A stretch of DNA of 64,000 nucleotides, from contig JAFATB010000018.1 of the NCBI GenBank assembly GCA_019244185.1, forward strand, positions 1 through 64,000, written 5' to 3'. A program made the position numbers and the translations under genes. The DNA comes from Acidobacteriota bacterium (GTDB lineage Bacteria; Acidobacteriota; Thermoanaerobaculia; Gp7-AA8). The notes below the pieces were generated by a model. The model saw only the letters and a list, made by a program, of their open reading frames with translations. It had not been told where the DNA came from and made no database searches. Positions 1-9,374 of this stretch are shown here, one piece after another. Position 1 is the first letter of the stretch, and every line of letters starts with the position of its first letter.

Positions 1-1917
1 GCCGCCGACCGAGCTGAAGCTCTGGCCGCCGTCGTTGCTGGCGATGAGGTCGCCGTCGGGCTTGTAGACCTTGTTCTCGTCCTTCGGGTCGACGATCAGG
101 TTGGCGAAGTAGAACGGCCGCCAGATCATCATCTGGCTGCGGTCGCGCTTGCTCCACGTCTTGCCGCCGTCGTCGCTGCGGTAGAGGGCGTTGGTCGGCG
201 GCGCCGCCTCGATGAAGGCGTAGACGACGTTCGAGTTCGACGGCGCCACGGTCACCGCGACGCGCCCCCAGGGCTTGCTCGGCAACCCCTTGGCGCTCTT
301 CTCGTCGAGCGACTGCCAGCTCGCGCCGCCATCGGTCGACTTGAAGAGACCGCTCCCCGACGGCGCGTCGGGGCCGTCGCCGCCCGAGCGGAAGGTCCAC
401 CCCTTGCGGCGGAAGTCCCACATGCCGGCGTAGAGCGTCTTCGGGTTCTGGCGGTCGAACGACATCATCGAGCAGCCGGTCGAAGCGTTCGCGCCTTTCA
501 GCACGAGCGTCCAGTTCTTGCCGCCGTCGGTCGTTTTGTAGACGCCGCGATCGGTGCTGTCGCTCCACAGTTTGCCGGGGACGCAGACGTAGACCGTGTT
601 CGTGTCGTTCGGATCGATGATGATTTTCGAAATGCGTTCGGAGTTCGGCAGGCCGACGTTCGTCCAGTTGTCGCCGCCGTCGGTCGACTTGTAGACGCCG
701 TCGCCGATCGAGACGCTGTTGCGCGTCCACGACTCGCCGGTGCCGACCCACACGGTCTTGGAGTTCTTGGGATCGATGGCGATCGCGCCGATCGACTGCA
801 CCGGCTGCTTGTCGAAGACCGGTTTGAACGTCGTGCCGCCGTTGACGGACTTCCACACGCCGCCGCTGGCCGCACCTACGTAGATGGTGACTCGATTTCC
901 TTCATGAACGGCCGTCACGGCGGCGACGCGGCCGCTCATCTCCGCCGAGCCGATGTTGCGCGCGCCGAGGCCGGAGATCGTTTCGGAATCGACCTTCGTC
1001 GGACGCGCGGGCTCGGGCGAGGAGGTCGTGTCGCCGCCCGCGCCCATCGCGGGCGGGGGAGGCGTGTCGCTCTGCGAGAGCGGCTGCTGCGTGGCCATCT
1101 GCTGCGGCTCGGCCTTCGGCAGCGTCTCCGACGCGTCGACGCCCTGCGGCTGGCGGTCCTGCGCGGGCGTGCCGGACGCGGACGGCTTCGCGAAGCGCGC
1201 GTTGCTCACCGGCACGTTCGCCTCGATCTTTTCCCACTGAATCGTGGAGCGGAACGGGCTGCCTTTCTGTCCCTGCTCCATGGAAAACGGCATGTAGTAG
1301 CCGTTGACGGACTTGTAGTCGCCGAGGATCGTTTCGTACTCGCGCTCGGCTCCGCGGACCATGCGCTTCGTGTCGATCTTGATCGGCACGTAGTAGTCCG
1401 CGTCCATGTAGAAGTAGCGGACGTCGCCCTCGGGACTGGTGACCTTGAGCTTGTAGGTGTCGGTGCCTTCGATCGGCTCGGTGCCGACGTACTCGACCTT
1501 GTAGCCGTGCTGCGCGTAATCGATGAGCGGGAAGTCGAACTCCGCGTCCTCGATCATGCCCTTCCGCTCTTCTTCACCGAGCGGCTCGGCGTCTTTCTTT
1601 CCCTGCCATGGCTCGATCTTCCAGCCGGTCGTGCCGTCCCACGCCTGCACGCCCGTCAGGCCCTGCATCGTGAAGTCTTCGCGGACCATCGCCGGCCGCT
1701 TGCTCTCCATCGAGTACGGCGCCTCGAAGCCGCCGCCGCCGATGAACTTGCCTGTACGCCGCAGCGTCTGCACCGCCATGATGCGTTCACGGCCGCCGAC
1801 TGCCTTGATGTAGCGAGCGATGATCTCGTCCGCCGTCGGTGTGGCCGTCTGCTGCGCGAGCGCGGCGCCCGCGACGAGCGCGCACCAGGACACAACTATC
1901 GCCAGGATTCTGCGCAT
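1..1917 (-). CDS. Secreted fusion protein: N-terminal LolA-like/lipoprotein-sorting-type domain, Pro/Gln-rich linker, then BNR/Asp-box (VPS10/sortilin-like) beta-propeller glycosyl-hydrolase-like domain; 3' end runs off the window
   Basis: Read by hand because it has no stop in the window and is absent from the ORF track. ATG at 1917 follows GGAGAAGG. Signal peptide MRRILAIVVSWCALVAGAALA, then TADEIIARYIKAVGG...AWDG, continuing in frame into LGARNIGSAEMSGRV and repeated Asp-boxes (KSVNGGTTF, KSTDGGDNW, KTTDGGKNW, RSDDGGKTW). Confidence 0.8.
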   Translation of the reverse strand, partial: MRRILAIVVSWCALVAGAALAQQTATPTADEIIARYIKAVGGRERIMAVQTLRRTGKFIGGGGFEAPYSMESKRPAMVREDFTMQGLTGVQAWDGTTGWKIEPWQGKKDAEPLGEEERKGMIEDAEFDFPLIDYAQHGYKVEYVGTEPIEGTDTYKLKVTSPEGDVRYFYMDADYYVPIKIDTKRMVRGAEREYETILGDYKSVNGYYMPFSMEQGQKGSPFRSTIQWEKIEANVPVSNARFAKPSASGTPAQDRQPQGVDASETLPKAEPQQMATQQPLSQSDTPPPPAMGAGGDTTSSPEPARPTKVDSETISGLGARNIGSAEMSGRVAAVTAVHEGNRVTIYVGAASGGVWKSVNGGTTFKPVFDKQPVQSIGAIAIDPKNSKTVWVGTGESWTRNSVSIGDGVYKSTDGGDNWTNVGLPNSERISKIIIDPNDTNTVYVCVPGKLWSDSTDRGVYKTTDGGKNWTLVLKGANASTGCSMMSFDRQNPKTLYAGMWDFRRKGWTFRSGGDGPDAPSGSGLFKSTDGGASWQSLDEKSAKGLPSKPWGRVAVTVAPSNSNVVYAFIEAAPPTNALYRSDDGGKTWSKRDRSQMMIWRPFYFANLIVDPKDENKVYKPDGDLIASNDGGQSFSSVGG

Positions 1918-2007
1918 CAAACCCTTCTCCTTCCGTCCGCGATGATATGTCGCTTACGCAGACGGAAGGAGAAGGTTAGTCAAGAAAGCGTCACGAGGTG
2001 CGTCGCG

Positions 2008-4638
2008 TCAGGGATTCGTGTTCGGCGCGGGGCCGATGACCGCGGTTTCGGGGTTGGAGTTGACGGCGGTGGCGCGGACTGGCGCCGAGCAGCCATTACC
2101 GAGAGCGACCGCGTCGAAGTCGACGGAATAGCGGCCTTCCGCGCGCATCGAGACGATGACCCAGTTCTGCGAGGCGGCGGCATTCGTCGACTCGGAGTTC
2201 TCGAGGTTGAGATACATCCAGCCGCCGATGGCCGCCGTCGGGTTCGGCGGGAAGTACGCCTCGTCGCGTGCCGGGGCGAGGCTCGACGACGGAAGCGTCA
2301 GACCGGGAAGGACTGCGCCCGGAACGCAGAACGTGCAATCGGTGCTCAACGCGACGGGGTTCTCTTCCTCGTCGAAACGAACCGCGTCCGTGACGTCGTG
2401 AACGTTCGTCGGATACGACGCACAGCTCGCGTCCGCGCCAGTCACGCCCTCGTGCCAGATTTTGTAGTACGTGGCGAAGTCTGGCGCGCCGAACGTGTCG
2501 ATCCAGCGCGCGGCGAAGGTCGACGGCAACGGCTGGCGCCCGTCCGCGGTGCCGCCGTTCTGGTAACGGCTGTAGAACGTGCGCTGGAAGTTCGAGTGAT
2601 ACGCGGGATCGCCCGCGCGAACGAGCGGCTGCTCGCCCTCCGGAATCGCGCGGATGTGCACCATCGGATTGCCCTGCGCGTAGTTCTGCACGCTGTTGAT
2701 CTGCTGATAGTCGCCGATGAGCGCGTTGTCGAAGCGCAAGTCGTGCGAGTAGTAGCGCGCCTCCGTGGGGAACGCGCTCTGGCACGCGCCGACGACGTCG
2801 ATCGTCGCGTAGCCGATGGCGTTCGCGTGCACGCCTCCGACCGTGTTGCACGCCTCGGCCTGTCCGAGCCGCGGCACGCGGCCGAGCGTGAGCGCGCTCT
2901 GCATGTACGTGACGAACGCCACGGGCAGTTGCGAAGGTTGCTCGCTGCACGACGCTTCGTCGACGAGCGGGTTGTCTTCGGACGACATCTCCCCGGTGGC
3001 GGCATGCTGCGCGACGATGCGCCCGCGCACGATGACGTCCGCGAGATTGATGGCCTGCACGTCGTAGCCGGTGAGGAAGAGATCGAACGAGAGCACCGGG
3101 TACGAGTAGTCGGTCCAGAGCACGACGTGCGCGATCTGCGGCTCCGGCGTCACGTTCGTGACGGTGAAGAGCGTCGTCTCGCTGTTCGGCGCGAGCGAGA
3201 CTTCGAAGTACGGCAGCAGCAGCGTCGCCGCGGGCAATGCCGCGATGTCGCACGTGTCGTCGTTGTTCATCGTGTGCGGTCCGCCGGTCACGTGCAGCTC
3301 CGCCTGGTTCTGGTTCGCCGCGGGCGCGATCTCGTGCGCCGGCGCGGAGCAGCCGTTGCCGAGCGCACTGGCGTCGAAGTCGACGGAGTAACGTCCCTCG
3401 GCGCGCATCGAGACGACGACCCACGCCTGCGCCGCGCGCTGGTCCTGCGCCTGCGTGTCGAGGTCGAGATACATCCAGCCGCCGACGCTCGAGCCGAGCG
3501 GCGCGGGGAACGGGCTCGCGTCGCTGTCGAAACGCGATGTGGCGCCGAGGCCCGAACGCGGCGTGTCGTCGATCGGGCTGATCGCGCTCGGGTTCTCGTC
3601 TTCATCGAAGCGGATGACCTGGTACGGCGCGATGTTGCCGTTCGCCGGATAGTCGGCGCAGTTCGTGCCGGCGGCCACCGCCTCGCGCCACACCTTGAAG
3701 CTGGTCTGGAACGAGCCCGTGCCGCCCTCGATCCAGCGCGCGGCGAAGGTCGACGGCAGCGGCTGGCGCGCGTCGGCCGTCGGATGTGCGCCGCTCTGCA
3801 GCGCGCTATAGAACGTGCGCGGGAAGTTCGTGCCGCCCATGTTCGGGTTCGCCGCGCGCTGCTCCGGCGTGCCTCCCTCGGGGATGGCGCGGATGTGCAC
3901 CATCGGGTTGCCCTGCGCGTAGTTCTGCGAGCCGTCCACCTGCTGGTAGTCGCCGGTGAGCACGTTGTCGAAGCGGATCTCGCGCGAGAAGTAGAGCGGG
4001 TCGTTCGGCATCGTGAAGTTGCAGGAGCCGACGACGTCCATCGTGGCGTAGCCGACCGCGTGCGCGTGCACGCCGCCGACCGTGTTGCATCCCTGCAGCG
4101 TGCCGAGGGTGTCGACGGTGCCGCGCGTGAACGCGTCGCGCATGCGCTTGATGTAAACCGCCGGCAGCACCTCCGGAAGAGACGTGTGCTCGCACGATTC
4201 GAGATCGAGCACCGGGTTCGCCGACGCCGACAGCTCGCCCTGCGGCGAGATGTCCGGCCCGGTGCCGCGGTCGGGCGCGATGCGGCCGCGCGCGATGACG
4301 TCGTACAGATTGATCGACTGCACGTCGTAGCCGGTGAGGAAGACGTCGAAGCCCATCGCCGGATACGCGTAGTCGGTCCAGAGCGTGACCTGCACGAGCT
4401 GCGGTAGCGGCGAGGTGTTCGTGATCGTGAAGAGCGTCGTCTCGCCGCTGCCCGGCACGGCGTCGACGTCCACTTCGAAATAAGGAAGGAGCAGGGTCGC
4501 GGCCGGAAGGACGGCAACGTCGCAACTATCGTCGTTGTTCGTCGAGGTCGGGCCGCCGGGGGTGGTGAAGACCGCGCCGTATGCGGCCAGGGGAAGGAAC
4601 AGACACAACACGAGGGGCAGGATCGATCGCAGACGCAT
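2008..4638 (-). CDS. Secreted protein of unknown function with two tandem copies of a ~420-aa domain (NDDSCD..PAATLLLPYFEV..FLTGYDVQ..NVLxGDYQQ..RQPLPSxFAARW..GRYSVDFDA..GNGC)
   Basis: Lies within ORF 2008..4863. Start moved to ATG 4638, 6 nt after GGGAGG. Signal peptide MRLRSILPLVLCLFLPLAAYG; the internal duplication is obvious in the translation. Confidence 0.85.
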   Translation of the reverse strand: MRLRSILPLVLCLFLPLAAYGAVFTTPGGPTSTNNDDSCDVAVLPAATLLLPYFEVDVDAVPGSGETTLFTITNTSPLPQLVQVTLWTDYAYPAMGFDVFLTGYDVQSINLYDVIARGRIAPDRGTGPDISPQGELSASANPVLDLESCEHTSLPEVLPAVYIKRMRDAFTRGTVDTLGTLQGCNTVGGVHAHAVGYATMDVVGSCNFTMPNDPLYFSREIRFDNVLTGDYQQVDGSQNYAQGNPMVHIRAIPEGGTPEQRAANPNMGGTNFPRTFYSALQSGAHPTADARQPLPSTFAARWIEGGTGSFQTSFKVWREAVAAGTNCADYPANGNIAPYQVIRFDEDENPSAISPIDDTPRSGLGATSRFDSDASPFPAPLGSSVGGWMYLDLDTQAQDQRAAQAWVVVSMRAEGRYSVDFDASALGNGCSAPAHEIAPAANQNQAELHVTGGPHTMNNDDTCDIAALPAATLLLPYFEVSLAPNSETTLFTVTNVTPEPQIAHVVLWTDYSYPVLSFDLFLTGYDVQAINLADVIVRGRIVAQHAATGEMSSEDNPLVDEASCSEQPSQLPVAFVTYMQSALTLGRVPRLGQAEACNTVGGVHANAIGYATIDVVGACQSAFPTEARYYSHDLRFDNALIGDYQQINSVQNYAQGNPMVHIRAIPEGEQPLVRAGDPAYHSNFQRTFYSRYQNGGTADGRQPLPSTFAARWIDTFGAPDFATYYKIWHEGVTGADASCASYPTNVHDVTDAVRFDEEENPVALSTDCTFCVPGAVLPGLTLPSSSLAPARDEAYFPPNPTAAIGGWMYLNLENSESTNAAASQNWVIVSMRAEGRYSVDFDAVALGNGCSAPVRATAVNSNPETAVIGPAPNTNP

Positions 4639-4655
4639 GGACATCCTCCCGAACT

Positions 4656-6026
4656 TTATGGATTGGTGTTTGCGGCGGGTCCGATGGGCGCGCCGCTCGA
4701 GTCGTTCGCATTGCTTTGCAGGACCGGCGGCGTGCAGCCGTTGCCGAGGTACGCGGCGTCGAAGTCGACGGAGTAGCGCCCTTCGTTGCGCATCGAGACG
4801 ACGACCCAGTTCTGGCTCGCCGGCGCATCGCGCCAGCAGTAGTCGAGGTTGAGGTACATCCATCCCGACAGTGCGCCGGTCGCGTTGTAAGGAAAAAAGT
4901 ATGCGTCCGCGGCGGAAAGGAGGCCCGTCGTGGCCGTGGTCGGATACGTCTCGATCGGCGTGCAGATGATGATGTCGGGAGAGAGCGTGGTGGGGTTCTC
5001 GTCCTCATCGAACCGCACGACGTCCACCATGCCGAGCGTGGCGTTGTCGGGATAGAGACTGCAGCTCGGCGTGATGCCGATCCGCCCCTCGCGCCAGATC
5101 TTGAAGTATGTCTGGAAGTAGGCCGGATCGCCGCTGATCCAGCGCGCAGCGAAGAGCGAAGGCAGCGGCTGGCGCGCGTCGAATCGCGGCCGCGCGCTGC
5201 TCTGGTAGCGGCTGTAGAACGTGCGCGGCAGGTTGACGGTGTACGCCCGCGGCTCGTTCGCGCGCGTGATCGCGTCGCCGCCTTCGGGCGTCGCGCGGAT
5301 GTGCACGAGCGGATTCGCCTGCGCGTAGTTCTGATGGCCGTTGACCTGCTGGTAGTCGCCGGTGAGCACGTTGTCGAAACCGATCCAGCGGCCGAAGTAG
5401 GCGGGCTCGTTCGGCAGGACGTCGGCGCAGCCGGTGAAGACGTCGATGGTCGCGTAGCCGATCGCGTTTTGGTGGATGCCGCCGACGGTGTTGCACGCCG
5501 GCTCGTTGCCTGACTGTGCGATGCGGCCGAGCGTCAGCGCCGACTGCACGCGCGCGAGCGCCGCTGGCGAAAGCGCCGCCGGGATGTTCGCGCACGCTGC
5601 CTCATCGACGAGCGCGTTGTCGGAGTCCGACAGCTCGCCTTCCGGTGACGCCGTGCTGCCGGTGCCGTTCGGCGGTGCGATGCGGCCGCGCACGAGGACG
5701 TCGTACAGATTGATCGTCTGGATGTCGTAGCCGGTGAGGAAGACGTTGAAGTTCAGCAGCGGGAACGCGTAGTCGGTCCACAGCACGACGTGCGCGACCT
5801 GCGTCACGCCGCTCGTGTTGATCACGGTGAAGACGGTCGTCTCGCCCTGACCGGCGGGCGCCTCGAGATCGACTTCGAAAAACGGGAGCAGCAGCGTGGC
5901 CGCGGGCGCGACGCTGATGTCGCAGGAATCGTCGCTGTCGAGGGAGACCGGATGCCGCAGGTCGGCCGCCGCGGCAACGGTGAAGATGAGCGACAGCACC
6001 GGGGGGAGGAACAGCCGAACCCGCAT
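4656..6026 (-). CDS. Secreted single-domain paralog of the 2008..4638 protein
   Basis: Lies within ORF 4656..7013. ATG 6026 follows GGAGGG. Signal peptide MRVRLFLPPVLSLIFTVAAAA; same motifs and the same C-terminus (IGPxxNTNP). Confidence 0.85.
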   Translation of the reverse strand: MRVRLFLPPVLSLIFTVAAAADLRHPVSLDSDDSCDISVAPAATLLLPFFEVDLEAPAGQGETTVFTVINTSGVTQVAHVVLWTDYAFPLLNFNVFLTGYDIQTINLYDVLVRGRIAPPNGTGSTASPEGELSDSDNALVDEAACANIPAALSPAALARVQSALTLGRIAQSGNEPACNTVGGIHQNAIGYATIDVFTGCADVLPNEPAYFGRWIGFDNVLTGDYQQVNGHQNYAQANPLVHIRATPEGGDAITRANEPRAYTVNLPRTFYSRYQSSARPRFDARQPLPSLFAARWISGDPAYFQTYFKIWREGRIGITPSCSLYPDNATLGMVDVVRFDEDENPTTLSPDIIICTPIETYPTTATTGLLSAADAYFFPYNATGALSGWMYLNLDYCWRDAPASQNWVVVSMRNEGRYSVDFDAAYLGNGCTPPVLQSNANDSSGAPIGPAANTNP

Positions 6027-6049
6027 AAACAGCCCTCCGAAAGGGCAAT

Positions 6050-7144
6050 TTATGCTGTTATGCCATGAGAAGCAAGGCCGTTGCAGCGAACTGGCTGCTG
6101 AGTATAACTCTCCAACTCCCTCGCGCGATGTGCCGCGGTGTGCTCGTGGAGCACGCGTTCGCGGGCGCGCGCGCCGATCGCGCGTCGCTCCCGCTCGTCG
6201 AGCTTCCGCAGGTAACGCATCACGTCGCTGCTGGTCTCCGCGATGAGGATCTCGCGCTCCGGCTCGAACAGCGAGTCGAGTCCGTCCCACCAGTCGCTGA
6301 TGATCGGCACGCCGCATGCGGCGGCTTCGAAGAGACGCACGCTCGGCGACCAGCCGGCGCGGATCATCTCGGCGCGCGTGACGTTCAGCGCGAACCGCTG
6401 CGCGTTGTAGAACGCGCGATGTTCGCGCGGCGCGAGATGCTCGATGCGGCGCACGTTCTTCGGCCACGCGATGTCGGCGGGATACTGCGGACCGGCGACG
6501 ACGAAGTGGCCGTCCTTCCACTTGCGCGCGGGCTCGACGAGAAGCTCGTCGACGGCCGGCTGCCGGTCGTCGCTGTAAGTGCCGAGGTAGCCGAGGTCCC
6601 AGCGCGGGCGGCGGCGCTCGGGGAAGTAGTGCTCGGGATCGAATGAGCAGTAGAGCGCGCGCGCCATCGGCGACTTGTATTTCTTCTCGATGCGCCGCAG
6701 CGTGGGGCCGCCGGTGAACGAGAGATAGAGGTCGTAGCGCGGGATGAGATGCGGCGAGAGGTATTCGAAGTCGCCGCGCGCGAGCTTCGCCAGCGTGACC
6801 GGCGTGTCGATGTCGTAGAAGGCGGTCATCCCTTCCGCGGTTTCGGTCACCCATTCGCCGACGGCGACGCCTTCGGGAACGTAGGACCCGACGATGACGA
6901 GATCGGCGTCGCGCACGTGGCGCGCGTAGCGATGTTTGAGCTGCGCCAGTCCGCGATAGAGGCGCGTCGTGCAGTACGGCGGTTCGGGGAGATCGCGATT
7001 CGCGGCGTACCACGGCACGTCGCGCTCGAGGAAGAGCACGTCGTGTCCGCGCGCGGCGAGCTCGCGCACGAGCCCGCGGTACGTCGTCGCGTGACCGTTC
7101 CCCCAGCTCGAGGTGATCGAGAGGCCGAGGATCACGATGTTCAT
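6050..7144 (-). CDS. CgeB/YkvP-like glycosyltransferase (paralog 3)
   Basis: MNIVILGLSITSSWGNGHATTYRGL...FYDIDTPVTL...SPSVRLFEAAACG...HTAAHRA; ATGA overlap with the upstream gene. Confidence 0.85.
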   Translation of the reverse strand: MNIVILGLSITSSWGNGHATTYRGLVRELAARGHDVLFLERDVPWYAANRDLPEPPYCTTRLYRGLAQLKHRYARHVRDADLVIVGSYVPEGVAVGEWVTETAEGMTAFYDIDTPVTLAKLARGDFEYLSPHLIPRYDLYLSFTGGPTLRRIEKKYKSPMARALYCSFDPEHYFPERRRPRWDLGYLGTYSDDRQPAVDELLVEPARKWKDGHFVVAGPQYPADIAWPKNVRRIEHLAPREHRAFYNAQRFALNVTRAEMIRAGWSPSVRLFEAAACGVPIISDWWDGLDSLFEPEREILIAETSSDVMRYLRKLDERERRAIGARARERVLHEHTAAHRARELESYTQQPVRCNGLASHGITA

Positions 7145-8247
7145 GCGGACACCGCGGTTCGTGTCTCGTTCATCGTTCCGCGTTCGTCGTTCAAAATGGT
7201 TTCGACCTGGCGCGCGCGATGGGCGTACGTATGCTCGGCGAGCACGCGCTGCATGGCCGCGCGTCCGATCTGCTGCGCGCGTTTCGCGTCGAGCGCGCGC
7301 ACGAGCTCCGCGACTTCCGCGCCGTCGCGCGCGACGAGCACTTCGCGCTCCGGCTCGAGAAAGAACTCGATGCCTTCCCACGCGTCGGTGATGAGACACG
7401 CGCCGGCGCCAGCGGCTTCGAAGACGCGCGTCGCGGGCGACCAGCCGTTCGCGGCCATCGACTCGCGCGAGATGTTGAGCACCGCGCGCGGCGTGGCGTT
7501 GAACGCGTTGTGATCGCCGGTGAAGACGTGCCCGAGGTAACGCACGGAGCGCGGCAGCGGCTTGTCGGCCCACCCGGAGCCGCCGAGGAGAAAGCGTTTC
7601 TCCGGCAACAGCGACGCGGCGCGGAGGAAGAACTCCTCGACGCGCGCCTCGCGGTCGGGCAGGCGATTGCCGAGGAACAAGAGGTCGGCGTCGAACTCCG
7701 GCTTCGGCGGCACCGGATGATGCGTCTCCGGATCGAGCGCGTTGTAGACGGGGATGCACGCGCGCGCGCCGAACGACTCGTAGCGCCGCACGACGGGTTC
7801 GCCGCCGCCGTACGTGAAGATGTAGTCGTATCGCGGCACGAGCGCGCGGAACGGATCGCGTGGATCGTGCTGCAGCCGGTCGAGCGTCGCCGGCGCGTCG
7901 ACGTCCCAGAAGATGACGGTCTGATTCGGACGCCGCAGCTCGACGACGGCGCGTTCGAGCAACTCGTCGAACACGCCGACGCCGCTCGCCTTGACCACCA
8001 CATCGAAGTGCCGCGCCTCGGCGAGCACGCGCTCGACGCCTTCGTCGCCTGTGCCGGGATAGACGACCACGCGCGCCCACGGCGGGTCGTCGATGTCGCG
8101 ATGCTGCTGCCGCTCGTACGCGTCGGGCTCGAAGAAGGTGATCTCGTGTCCGCGCGCGGCGAGGTTGCGGATGATGCCGCGGTAGTACGTCGCCGCGCCG
8201 TTCCAGTACGCGGAGACGAGCGAGCTGGCGTAGAAGGCGATCTTCAC
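7141..8247 (-). CDS. CgeB/YkvP-like glycosyltransferase (paralog 2)
   Basis: GTG start with GTGA overlap; KIAFYASSLVSAYWNGAATYYRG...FWDVDAPATL...SPATRVFEAAGAG...HTYAHRA. Confidence 0.85.
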   Translation of the reverse strand: MKIAFYASSLVSAYWNGAATYYRGIIRNLAARGHEITFFEPDAYERQQHRDIDDPPWARVVVYPGTGDEGVERVLAEARHFDVVVKASGVGVFDELLERAVVELRRPNQTVIFWDVDAPATLDRLQHDPRDPFRALVPRYDYIFTYGGGEPVVRRYESFGARACIPVYNALDPETHHPVPPKPEFDADLLFLGNRLPDREARVEEFFLRAASLLPEKRFLLGGSGWADKPLPRSVRYLGHVFTGDHNAFNATPRAVLNISRESMAANGWSPATRVFEAAGAGACLITDAWEGIEFFLEPEREVLVARDGAEVAELVRALDAKRAQQIGRAAMQRVLAEHTYAHRARQVETILNDERGTMNETRTAVSA

Positions 8248-9374
8248 GCGCGCGCCTCGTCGCGCGCGGAGCTCGCGGCGGCGCGCGGCTGCGTCGCGGC
8301 GACGATGGTGAGCAGCTCGGTCACGCGATGCGCGCAGGTGTGGCGGCGCTGGATCGTTTCGAGTCCGTGCCGCGCGAGCTCGCGCGCCGCGGCGCGGTCG
8401 TTCGCGAGCAGGCGCATGTGGCCGCGCATCTCCGCGCCGTCGCGCGCGACGAGATAGTCGGCGCCCGGCGTGAAGAGATGTTCCGCGTCGTCCCACGGCG
8501 CGGAGATCAGCGGGATCGCGCACGCGAGCGCCTCGAACGGACGAATGGTCGGAATGCCGCGCAGCGTCGTCGCGTACGGTCGCCGCGGCACGTGCACGGT
8601 CATGCGGTACTTCGAGAAGACTTCCGGCACTTTCCAGTTCGCGAGCCAGCCGGCGTAGTCGATGTGCGCCGCCCGTAGTTCGTCGACCGCCGCGTCGGGA
8701 TAGCGCACGCCGTGGACGCGAGCGGTCAGTTTCAGATCGCGAATCGGCTCGATGAGGAACTCGCGCAATTCGGCGCCGCGCTCGTCGTCGCCCCAGTTGC
8801 CGATCCAGACGACGTCGCCTTCCGGCTCGCCGTGCGGGCGCGGATGAAAGACGCGCGTGTCGGCCGCCTCGTGCCACACCCACGCGTCGCGCGTCCAGCC
8901 GCGCGTCAGGTAGAGATCGCGGATGACTTTTCCGTACGCGAGCACGCCGTCGTAGTGCGTGAGGTCGTACGCGCTCATCTCGTCCGGCGCGGTCGCGGCG
9001 CGGTGATGCGTGTCGTGGAAGAAGAGCCGGTACGCGCGCGTGCGGTGGCGATGCTCGCCGATGCGGCGCACGAGCTGGTGGTCGTTCCATTCGTGAACGA
9101 GCACGACGTCGGCGCCGTCGAGCGCTTCATCGAGGTCGATCGAGTCGAGCGCGTAGTGATGCGCGTGCAGCAGCGGGAACGCGCGGCGGAACTCCTCGAG
9201 CGGCGCCGTGCCGTGATCGCGCACGAGGTTCTGCACGCTCCACGCGTCGGATGGCTCGTAGATCTCGACCGCGTGTCCGCGCTGCAGCAGCTCGCTGGCG
9301 ATGCCGCGCAAAAAGTGCGCGTTGCCGTGATTCCAGTCGGAGACGAGCGAGTGATAGAAGAGGACGAACCTCAA
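8244..9374 (-). CDS. CgeB/YkvP-like glycosyltransferase (paralog 1)
   Basis: RFVLFYHSLVSDWNHGNAHFLRG...FHDTHHRA...PTIRPFEALAC...HTCAHR. Confidence 0.85.
   Translation of the reverse strand: MRFVLFYHSLVSDWNHGNAHFLRGIASELLQRGHAVEIYEPSDAWSVQNLVRDHGTAPLEEFRRAFPLLHAHHYALDSIDLDEALDGADVVLVHEWNDHQLVRRIGEHRHRTRAYRLFFHDTHHRAATAPDEMSAYDLTHYDGVLAYGKVIRDLYLTRGWTRDAWVWHEAADTRVFHPRPHGEPEGDVVWIGNWGDDERGAELREFLIEPIRDLKLTARVHGVRYPDAAVDELRAAHIDYAGWLANWKVPEVFSKYRMTVHVPRRPYATTLRGIPTIRPFEALACAIPLISAPWDDAEHLFTPGADYLVARDGAEMRGHMRLLANDRAAARELARHGLETIQRRHTCAHRVTELLTIVAATQPRAAASSARDEARA

Noticed and set aside
904-4407. 1167-aa plus-strand ORF
   Set aside because: Antisense shadow of the minus-strand genes; Arg/Ala/Val-rich with no motifs, as expected in high-GC DNA.
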